Below, piece after piece: positions 1-8,179 of a DNA stretch of 63,368 nucleotides (within the stretch, counting starts at the first letter, position 1; each line of letters starts with the position of its first letter). The translations under genes and the position numbers were made by a program. This DNA comes from Candidatus Sumerlaeales bacterium (GTDB lineage: Bacteria > Sumerlaeota > Sumerlaeia > Sumerlaeales > Sumerlaeaceae), in contig JBBSQY010000017.1 of the NCBI GenBank assembly GCA_038243585.1, positions 1 through 63,368 of the forward strand, in the 5' to 3' direction. The notes under the pieces are model-generated. The model searched no databases. It was not told the origin of the DNA and was given only the letters and a program-made list of their open reading frames with translations.

Positions 1-3000
1 CGGGTCAATGTCAACGCGGCCGATGTTCGAGTTATCCGTGCCATCAAATAGCTGGTAGGTAAAGAAGTCCGAACCAAAGTAGTTCGCGTTCGGGGTATAG
101 ATAAACCCGCCAGAGCCGTCCGGGGTCAGCGTGCCTTTAAACGGGCCGCCGACAATCGTCGTAACCAGCGTGGACGTCGTGTTGTCCACATCCGTGTCGT
201 TAGTGCGAGGATCAAGGGTTATGGATGTGTCTTCGTCCGTCGAGTAGGTGTCGTTGTTGGCCACCGGCGCATCGTTGACGGCCAGAACGTTGATAGTCAC
301 CGTGGCAGGTGAAGCAGAATCAAGTGTGCCGTCATTGGCCGTGTACGTGAAGGTTGCCGGTCCGTTAAAGTTAAGTGCCGGCGTATAAATTACGTTCGTG
401 CCATCAAAGCTGACCGTACCAAACGTGGGGTTAATCACAAGGTTTGTTACAACCAGATCCTGCGCAGGCAAATCAACGTCCGTATCATTCGCATTTACAT
501 CAATTGATACTGCGGTATCTTCATTGGTTGACTGGCCTGGATCATTCACCGCAACCGGCGGGTCGTTTACTGCCAGCACACTAATCGTTACCGTCTGAGG
601 TGTAGAGTTTTCTGTACCGTCCGTCAGCATGTATGTGAAGGTATCGGTACCATTAAAGTTCAGTGCCGGATAGTAGTCAAAGCTGCCGTCGGAATAGATT
701 GTTACAGTTCCGCCCTGGGTGGTAGGCTGGCTTGTGGCCGGCACAGCTGTCCGCGGATCTCCGTTTAAGTCTGTAGCCCCGGCGGTTAGCGTGCCAGCAG
801 GCGCGGTGAATGGATTGTCATCCTCAGTCGCGCCGTTAGCGCCGCTAAGAGTAATCGGCTGCGCCACTGGCGGCTGATTCACGACGTTGCTGTTTAAGTT
901 CGATGTGGTCTGATAAGGATTGCTGACAGAATCGGAATAGTCGGCCACGGCGTCATTGTCGACGCTGATGTTAGTCGAGGCCGCGTCTACCTGAACGGTC
1001 ATGGTAACCGATCCCGTATTGCCCGGTTCAATAGTCTGGTTTATGTTGAAAGTTACAACACCGCCCATGTTCGAGACCGTTCCCGTGTAAGTTGGCCCGT
1101 TTATCGAGGCGCTTACCAGGGTGGTACCGGCTGGCAGTACATCGCTGATGGAGAGGCCGTATGCGTCTCCGCCGCCCAAGGCATAGGCGGATGTGTTTGC
1201 AAATGTGATGGTATAAACAATCTGCTCGCCGCGAATGACGAAATCATCAGCCTGATCGTCTGTCTTAATCAGAGATATCGCAGGCGTCGGAGGCAGCATC
1301 GCAAACATGGATGCACCAAAAGTCGACTCCATGTTTATAATGTTATCATCATCGATACCGTTATCAATTCGCCACCAGCCAGAAGCGGGGTTAATTATCG
1401 TATCACCGACCCGGGTGTTGACATTGTTTGTGCCAGTATTATCTATCCCATTGTTCCACTCAGTATTAGGTCCCAGCGTTCCAATAATGCCAGTCACAGA
1501 ACCAGGTGCGAAATATACAGGAACCGTCGCATTGTCGTAATCGTAATTTAAAAACGTAACCGATGAGGCACCTGGCTTCACGTAACGATAGAAACTGATG
1601 GGTTCGGGATTATCAGGTCCACCAGTCTCCTGCGCCAGTGTTATTCCAGGGCTTGCAACAAAGACTTCATCGCCGGTGCCGGCAATTCCATCGATATCAG
1701 AAATAACGCCGCCGTTGTTTGGATTGAGGTCAGAGTCCGTTCCGACCCTCACCCGGAAACCATTGCTATGTTTAGGGACGACAGCATTTGGCGATTCAAC
1801 CCTTAGAACGTAAGAACCAGGAACAACCAATGCGGCGGGAATGGTCGCAAAACGCGCGTAAGTGCCATCGGTAACCGAGTTTGGGGCATAAGTTTGAACC
1901 ACAATCGGCGTTGAATTTATAACTCCACCAGGCTCTTTAACAGGGGCGGAGGGTACTGTAATATTAAACGTACTGCCGGGGGCGTAAAGCCGGAAATCTG
2001 TGGTGCTGCGTGCTCCAGCATTGGCGGGCTGGTAACCAATGTCTCGAATGCCAGTCGCAGGAGAAGTGTTGGCAGTGGCCGAGTTAATATCGGGGCTAAG
2101 AAGATCGATAACAAGATCACTGGTCGCAGGCCAGTCCTGCGGAACTTCAATGGTCAGGAAAGAGCCGCCGTTGCCGCCGCTGGGGTTGGCCGTGCTGTAC
2201 CAGTCTCCATTAGAGGCCTCACGATCGTGAGTTGCGACGTTAAAGAAAAACGGAGCCAACGGATAGTCCGGCGCTGGTGATACAGGCACTAGTGAGTTAG
2301 CCGCAAACGTCAGCGCGTTCGCCATCAGCCGGGCGCCATCAGTGGCAGGATCCCAACCGTAACCAGGCTCAGCATCAGTAGACCAGGGAGCAAAGCCCAA
2401 GCCAACGATCGTACCGTAGGGGGCGAACTGTTTTGTAACCACCAACGGCCCGTCATTCACCAGATCCTTGGCTATAAGCTGAGCCCCAGGGTAGGTTGCG
2501 CTACTATTTGCATGCCGAGTAGTGTTAAATGAATTTACGCCCTGCAGAATCGCGTGCCCAGGATCAACTGCCACAAGTGAAGAGGGAGTCGATGACCAAT
2601 TGTAATTAAGAAGGAGAGGGGTATACCCATTAGCCGCCCAAGTGCCCCCCATGGTATACGCACCACCATAACCTTCGTAGGAAGCGGTTACAACACCACC
2701 TCCACCCTGAAAGTATTGAGTAAGTACATTTCCCAAACCAAGTGGATCAGGATACCCTTGTATGGAATAAACCATCACCGCGTCATAGTTTTGAAGAGCA
2801 GCGAGAGTTGGAGTGCCGGTGGACAGATCGGATAGATACACCGAGTCAAACTGGTTTAGTGCCTGAAGCTTATACTGCACGTCTCCACCATAACTTATGT
2901 TCGAGTCCTGCAACACCAACACATTTGGGCGTGCGTCTGCGCTGCCAGCATAAACAACGGCTGCAGCCATTGTGAGCACGCCAGCGAACGTTTTCAACCA

Positions 3001-3045
3001 CGAGCCGCCATTACCTGGTTTTGACATCATATCCGATTTCGACAT
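1..3045 (-). CDS. Large secreted/surface protein, 5' part only (runs off the window): signal peptide, GATase-like N-domain, DUF11-like domain, then tandem Ig/cadherin-like (Big_9 / tandem-95) repeats
   Basis: Absent from the ORF track because no stop lies in the window. Read manually: ATG at 3045 after GGGGG gives MSKSDMMSKPGNGGSWLKTFAGVLTMAAAVVYAGSADARPNVLVLQ. The same frame at the window edge reads ...DGSGGFIYTPNANYFGSDFFTYQLFDGTDNSNIGRVDIDP. Repeated VNDxPVA and YxPALNFNG motifs; DUF11-like GEQIVYTITFAN...ISDVLPAGTT. Confidence 0.9.
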   Translation of the reverse strand, partial: MSKSDMMSKPGNGGSWLKTFAGVLTMAAAVVYAGSADARPNVLVLQDSNISYGGDVQYKLQALNQFDSVYLSDLSTGTPTLAALQNYDAVMVYSIQGYPDPLGLGNVLTQYFQGGGGVVTASYEGYGGAYTMGGTWAANGYTPLLLNYNWSSTPSSLVAVDPGHAILQGVNSFNTTRHANSSATYPGAQLIAKDLVNDGPLVVTKQFAPYGTIVGLGFAPWSTDAEPGYGWDPATDGARLMANALTFAANSLVPVSPAPDYPLAPFFFNVATHDREASNGDWYSTANPSGGNGGSFLTIEVPQDWPATSDLVIDLLSPDINSATANTSPATGIRDIGYQPANAGARSTTDFRLYAPGSTFNITVPSAPVKEPGGVINSTPIVVQTYAPNSVTDGTYARFATIPAALVVPGSYVLRVESPNAVVPKHSNGFRVRVGTDSDLNPNNGGVISDIDGIAGTGDEVFVASPGITLAQETGGPDNPEPISFYRYVKPGASSVTFLNYDYDNATVPVYFAPGSVTGIIGTLGPNTEWNNGIDNTGTNNVNTRVGDTIINPASGWWRIDNGIDDDNIINMESTFGASMFAMLPPTPAISLIKTDDQADDFVIRGEQIVYTITFANTSAYALGGGDAYGLSISDVLPAGTTLVSASINGPTYTGTVSNMGGVVTFNINQTIEPGNTGSVTMTVQVDAASTNISVDNDAVADYSDSVSNPYQTTSNLNSNVVNQPPVAQPITLSGANGATEDDNPFTAPAGTLTAGATDLNGDPRTAVPATSQPTTQGGTVTIYSDGSFDYYPALNFNGTDTFTYMLTDGTENSTPQTVTISVLAVNDPPVAVNDPGQSTNEDTAVSIDVNANDTDVDLPAQDLVVTNLVINPTFGTVSFDGTNVIYTPALNFNGPATFTYTANDGTLDSASPATVTINVLAVNDAPVANNDTYSTDEDTSITLDPRTNDTDVDNTTSTLVTTIVGGPFKGTLTPDGSGGFIYTPNANYFGSDFFTYQLFDGTDNSNIGRVDIDP

Positions 3046-3999
3046 TGCACTGCCCCCTAGTTCGGGGCTTTGCGCCCCGTAAATTTTTGCCACGTCTGTC
3101 GCGTTCGCCGCGCCGCCTGATTTCGTTTCCATGGTATGCTGGCTGCCTGTGGTGTTCATTCTTTTCGGTTCCTCTTGGCCTTTGCGGCTGTTGTTCAGCG
3201 CGCAAATGTTGCCCGCTTGTTGCGTAATATAACGTAAACTGAGCGTTAAACTGCCCAACCTTTGGGCAGTGCGCAAGTACAAAATGCACTCTAAGACAGA
3301 TTTCATTGTGCAGGCGACTGAGTGGGGTCTGTGCAATAGATATGTGGGATTGGCGAGGTATTTCACTTGGTTTAACGGAATGGAGCGGGTTTCTTTTTAG
3401 TGACGCTGTGGGATTTCGGGTTTCTATTTAAGTCGGCCTTCATTGTTGATTTAAAAAGACTTACAAATGCTTGATGATCGTACAATTATATTGCAAATGG
3501 TTTATTATCAGTGGTATAGGCCGATTTAATGTTTGCTTTTTTAGATTTTATTTTTGTTTTGTTATTTGGTCGTTCTGGGAGGTGGCGGGCGCGGTGTTAC
3601 TGTCGGGCAGTGGGTGCGGGTTTGAACAAGGTGCATATTATATGTTTCGGATTTCAAAGAACATTGGGCTGGTTTTATGTGATAGTGTGGATTTATCGCA
3701 GGGGGATTTCGGACGCTATTCCCGCATGGGCACTTAATCGGGCGTTATTGGGGGGGTGAGTCGATTTTTAAGAGGAATCGACAGGTTTGAACTGTTCCTG
3801 ATTGAGTCAGTTCGTCAGTTCGTAAAGAACATCACCTGTTGTCGCGACTGGCGCTGAAGCGGTAAAAAAGCCACGCTGAAGCGCGCTATAACCCTAAAAA
3901 AATCAGCTACACCCCTCATAAATGAGGGTGCAAAGATGGATCCGGCTAAAGCCGGAAACTCGTATTCGTAGCCTTCCTGCATTTTGCTGAGTTGCGCCC

Positions 4000-4197
4000 T
4001 TGGGAATGCTTAGGCGGTCTTGTGAGAAGTGTTTTTTTCATGCAGGCTTTTAAAAAATACAGGTTTTAGCCAGGGGTTTTTATATATAGGTCTGTGGTTA
4101 TGAATTACTGTTGGTCAGTTTTTGGTGGCGAGGTGGTGCCTACGTGTTGGGGTAGGTGGATTACACAGGCGGGACGCCTATGCTACTTCGTGGCTGT
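4000..4197. repeat. ~190-bp imperfect direct repeat, copy 1 (copy 2 at 4663-4852)
   Basis: Aligns by eye with 4663-4852 from TTGGGARTGCTTAGGCGGTCTTGTGA onward. Includes a 35-nt identical stretch GATTACACAGGCGGGACGCCTATGCTACTTCGTGG (4159-4193 = 4814-4848). Confidence 0.95.
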
Positions 4198-4260
4198 CAG
4201 GGCTGAACTATTGTTTATGCTATTTCCGGGTGCCTGTATCAATGTGTCACCTATGCACCA

Positions 4261-4355
4261 GGGGCCTATAAACCGGGCCTTTGGCCCTTGAACGGTTTAA
4301 AAACATTAACCCAGGGCGTTGCCCTGGGCTGATATAGAACCGGACCTTCGGCCCT
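4261..4355. repeat. REP-like palindromic element (CCCAGGGCGTTGCCCTGGGCT type)
   Basis: Perfect hairpin CCCAGGGC-GTT-GCCCTGGG at 4310-4328, flanked by two related AACCGGRCCTTYGGCCCT segments. Confidence 0.75.
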
Positions 4356-4373
4356 AAAAACAAGATAATTAAT

Positions 4374-4578
4374 CACACAATGCCAGATTCAGCGCTTTGA
4401 CACACACCCAAATTCAGCGCTTTGACACAAAGCCAGATTCAGCGCTTTGGCACACAATGCCAGATTCAGCGCTTTGACACAAAGCCAGATTCAGCGCTTT
4501 AACACACACCCAGATTCAGCGCTTTAACACACACCCAGATTCAGCGCTTTGATACAAAGCCAAAGTCAGCACTTTGAC
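4374..4578. repeat. Tandem array of 8 units of about 25 bp (consensus CCAGATTCAGCGCTTTRACACAMAS)
   Basis: Units start at 4383, 4408, 4433 (27 bp), 4460, 4485, 4510, 4535 and 4560 (degenerate). The 16-nt core CCAGATTCAGCGCTTT is nearly invariant. Confidence 0.97.
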
Positions 4579-4662
4579 CTATGACAAGGATTTTATACCG
4601 GGCTGTCGTCTGCGGCACCTTTGGCGTTTTTTAGAAAGGCAGCCGAACAGTCGTGCTTTGGG

Positions 4663-4852
4663 TTGGGAGTGCTTAGGCGGTCTTGTGAAAAGTGCGTTTT
4701 TTCATGCGGGTTCTTAAATAATCCTGTTTTTAGACAGAGGCTTTTATAAGTAGGTCTGTGGTTACGAATTACCTTTGGTCAGGTTTTTGGTGGCGAGGTG
4801 GTGACTGCGTTTTGATTACACAGGCGGGACGCCTATGCTACTTCGTGGTTGT
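4663..4852. repeat. ~190-bp imperfect direct repeat, copy 2
   Basis: See copy 1. Ends in the REP-like CACAGGCGGGACGCCTATGCTAC. Confidence 0.95.
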
Positions 4853-5034
4853 AATGAATCGCACGGAGCCGTGCTACAAAATGAATCATACGGAGCTGGG
4901 TTCAGTGTGTTATTTGCGTTTCATTCTGAAACTAGACCGAAGTGCTTTTCTTCTGCGAAAGCATGAGTTGCGCCCTTGGGATAGGCGCAAATCTTTAAAA
5001 TTGGCTTTTACTTTTATGGTTTAATGAAAGCTTT

Positions 5035-8000
5035 TTACGGAGCTTCCGAGTCGTCGTCTCTAAGAAAGTCCTGCCCGCGGGCTCGGATCAGTCTCGGGAT
5101 TACTGGGCCGCACCATCTCCAGAAGAACGCGGGGGTGTACATGATGTCCAGGATGGTGGAACTGATGAGGCCGGCCAGCATCACTTCTGCCATGGGTTGA
5201 AGTATTTCTTTTCCCGGAACTCCTTTGCTGATGGCCAAGGGGATGAGGCCGAGGGCGGCTGTGATGGAGGTCATCAGAACTGGCACGAGGCGCTCAAGGG
5301 AGCCGCGGATGATCATTGGCTTGCCGAAGGTCTCCCCTTCTTCTTTGATCAGGTGGATGTAATGGTTAATCAGCATGATGCCGTTGCGCAGGCTGATGCC
5401 AGTGAGAGTGATGAAGCCCATTAACGAGGCAATGGAGAATGTCTGGCTGCCGAAGGCTATGGCGGCGACGGCACCGATCATGGCCAGGGGAACGTTGAAC
5501 AGGACGGCCAGGACTACGCGGTGGACCCGAAACAGGTTGTAGAGTAGCAGGTACATACAGGCGAGAGACAGAATGCTCAGCAAGCCGATAACCTGCGCGG
5601 CATGTTGCTGGGCTTCGAACTGGCCGCCGTAGGTGATAAAGTAGCCGGGCGGCAGATGATCGCCCACTTGTTGTTCCACTTTTGTCCGCACGTCCGCTAT
5701 CACGGCGCTCATATCCCGTTCCGCAACGTTGGCCTGGATTACGATGCGCCGCTGCACGTCTTCTCGATTAATGGTGTTTGGTCCTTTGGCCTCCAACACA
5801 TCCGCTACGGCCTTCAGGGGGACTTTCGCGCCGGTGGGGGTGTCGATCAAAAGCTCTTTCAGTGCTTCTGCGTCTGCGCGAGCGTCATCGGTAAACTTGA
5901 CGACCACATCTATCCGGCGCTGTCCGTCTATGACTTCCGAGACTTTCGCACCGTAGAGAGCGCCCTCCAGAGTGCGCGCCAAGTCTCCGACCTGAACGCC
6001 GTATTTTTTGGCTTCATCGCGGATCATCTGAATCTGGAGCTGTGGAATAGGCATCTGCTTTTCCACGGAAAGGTCTACAATGCCGGGAACAGTTTCCATA
6101 GCTGCGCGTACGCCTTCGGCGTTTGTGCGCAGTACTTCCAGGTCATCTCCAAAAACCTTAACCGCTATCTGGGCGTTAACTCCGGATAACAGATGATCGA
6201 GCCGGTGCGAAATGGGCTGGCCAATGTTTACCACAACGCCTTTAATATCGGAAAGCTTGTCGCGAACATCTGCCAGAATCGTATCTCTGGAGCGGGCGGA
6301 CTCTTTCAGGTCCACCTCAATTTCAGAAGAATGAACCCCTTCTGCGTGCTCGTCCAGCTCGGCGCGGCCGGTTCTGCGCGCCACGGAGAGAACCTCGGGA
6401 ACCGTCAACAGGCGCTTTTCCGCTATGGTTCCCAAAGTGTTTGATTCGTCCAACGAGGTGCCTGGGGCCGCGACCATATTAATGGTCAGACTGCCTTCGT
6501 TAAAAGGTGGGAGAAACTCACGTCCGAAGTTCAGGAACACCAGTGCCGAGATGATTGCAAGGGCGTAGAATACGCTCATTACCACATTTGGAAATGCGAG
6601 GGTGAAGCGGAGCTGGACGGTGTCGAGGCGTTTCAACTGGCGCACCATCCAGGAATCTCCCCCATGGCTTCCGGCTTTTGCCTTCGACAGCAGGTAGACG
6701 CTGAGAGCAGGGGTTACGGTTAAGGAAACAAGCAGGGACGCGATAATGCTGACGATGTAGGCGAGGCCCAGCGGACGAAAGATCCGCCCTTCGATGCCAC
6801 TCAACTGGAACAGCGGGATGAAAACAATGACCATCATCGCAGTAGCATAGACCAGGGTGCCCCTCACTTCGTTTGAAGCGTCGTAAACGACCCTGAGCGG
6901 ATTTCGAGGGCGGGTCAGAGTACGATTTTCTTTCAGTCGACGTAGCACGTTTTCCACATCGATAATGGCATCATCCACCAGTTCCCCAATGGCGACGGCC
7001 AGACCTCCCAAGGTCATCGTGTTTATGGATATGCCTGCCATGCGAAAAAACAGGAATGTGATAATGAAGGATAAAGGAATGGCAGTTAGGGTTATAATTG
7101 TCGTTCGGACATTCAGCAGAAAAAAAATCAGTACGATAACGACTAATATGACAGCGTCCCGGATTGCCTCAACGACATTGTCTATGGCGCTTTCGATGAA
7201 ATGGCGCTGTTGAAACAGGTCCGGGTTTATGGTTACGCCCGAGGGCAACTCTGCCTGTAGTTCTTTTATGACTTCGAGAACGCGCTCAGTCAGGTCCACC
7301 GTGTCGGCGCCGGGCTGCTTTTCTATGCTGAGGATGACGGCGGGGCTGCCGTTTTCGCTGCCGTCTCCGCGCTTTACCTGAACTCCGGTGGTTACGTCTG
7401 CAACGCTGCCCAGCATAATGGGGGTTCCGTGTCGATAGGCGACAACGGAATTTTCAAAATCGGAAAGCTGGGATATCCGTCCAAGGTTTCTGACGAGCCA
7501 TTCCTGTCCCTGCTGAACGAGATAACCACCGGTGGAGTTCTGGTTGGCGTTTTCCACGGCAGTGCCGATTTCTTCCATGGTGAGGTCATACTGTTTCAGG
7601 CTGGCGGGGTTTACTTTCACCTGCACCTGCATCCGACCGCCACCTATGGGGATGACCTGGGACACGCCAGGAATGGTCAGGAGGCGCGGGCGGATGGTCC
7701 AATCGGCAATGGTTCGGACGTCTACGGGATCCCGGGTTTTGCTTTGCACGCTGACAAGCATGATCTGTCCCATGATGGAAGAGATCGGGCCCATCTGAGG
7801 TGTGATTTCGCTCGGTAACTGTTCCTGGACGAGGGAAAGTTTTTCCTGCACGAGCTGCCGCGCCCGCAGTAAATCTGTCTCCCAGCCAAATTCTACGTAA
7901 ACGACAGATAGGCCAATACCCGACGTGGAGCGGACCCGCTGAACGCCGGCTGCGCCGTTTAAGACGGTTTCGATGGGAAACGTGACCAGGGTTTCTACTT

Positions 8001-8178
8001 CTTCAGGGGCCAGGCCCGGCGACTCGGTCATGATTGTGACGGTTGGCCGGTTCAGGTCTGGCAAAACATCTACAGGGAGCTTTGAGGTTTCATAGCTCCC
8101 GTATAGTACGAGCAACAGCGCACCGACCACCACGAAAAGCCGGTTTTGAATGGACCAATGAATGATTTTCTGGAGCAC
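5035..8178 (-). CDS. CusA/CzcA-family heavy-metal efflux RND permease
   Basis: LPVDVLPDL, APEEVETLVTFPIE, GELVDDAIIDVEN, REFLPPFNEG and ERLVPVLMT motifs; ~1050 aa. Likely GTG start at 8178, directly after the upstream stop (ORF track start 8196). Confidence 0.95.
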   Translation of the reverse strand: MLQKIIHWSIQNRLFVVVGALLLVLYGSYETSKLPVDVLPDLNRPTVTIMTESPGLAPEEVETLVTFPIETVLNGAAGVQRVRSTSGIGLSVVYVEFGWETDLLRARQLVQEKLSLVQEQLPSEITPQMGPISSIMGQIMLVSVQSKTRDPVDVRTIADWTIRPRLLTIPGVSQVIPIGGGRMQVQVKVNPASLKQYDLTMEEIGTAVENANQNSTGGYLVQQGQEWLVRNLGRISQLSDFENSVVAYRHGTPIMLGSVADVTTGVQVKRGDGSENGSPAVILSIEKQPGADTVDLTERVLEVIKELQAELPSGVTINPDLFQQRHFIESAIDNVVEAIRDAVILVVIVLIFFLLNVRTTIITLTAIPLSFIITFLFFRMAGISINTMTLGGLAVAIGELVDDAIIDVENVLRRLKENRTLTRPRNPLRVVYDASNEVRGTLVYATAMMVIVFIPLFQLSGIEGRIFRPLGLAYIVSIIASLLVSLTVTPALSVYLLSKAKAGSHGGDSWMVRQLKRLDTVQLRFTLAFPNVVMSVFYALAIISALVFLNFGREFLPPFNEGSLTINMVAAPGTSLDESNTLGTIAEKRLLTVPEVLSVARRTGRAELDEHAEGVHSSEIEVDLKESARSRDTILADVRDKLSDIKGVVVNIGQPISHRLDHLLSGVNAQIAVKVFGDDLEVLRTNAEGVRAAMETVPGIVDLSVEKQMPIPQLQIQMIRDEAKKYGVQVGDLARTLEGALYGAKVSEVIDGQRRIDVVVKFTDDARADAEALKELLIDTPTGAKVPLKAVADVLEAKGPNTINREDVQRRIVIQANVAERDMSAVIADVRTKVEQQVGDHLPPGYFITYGGQFEAQQHAAQVIGLLSILSLACMYLLLYNLFRVHRVVLAVLFNVPLAMIGAVAAIAFGSQTFSIASLMGFITLTGISLRNGIMLINHYIHLIKEEGETFGKPMIIRGSLERLVPVLMTSITAALGLIPLAISKGVPGKEILQPMAEVMLAGLISSTILDIMYTPAFFWRWCGPVIPRLIRARGQDFLRDDDSEAP

Positions 8179-8179
8179 G

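Noticed and set aside
3130..3215. Second c-di-GMP-like match on the - strand (GGGCAAC...CCGCAAAGG...GGCAGCCAGC)
   Set aside because: It folds as a simple hairpin (TTTGCG-C-GCTG / CAGC-CGCAAA) and lacks the GNRA tetraloop/receptor pair.
4374..4578. CRISPR array
   Set aside because: The intervening sequences are only 9-11 nt and nearly identical to each other. There is no cas gene or convincing leader in the window.
4094..5024. ORFs 4094-4291 and 4758-5024 sharing ITQAGRLCYFV as a duplicated small gene
   Set aside because: The similarity comes from the DNA direct repeat and REP. Frame-shifting indels differ between the copies and there is no RBS.
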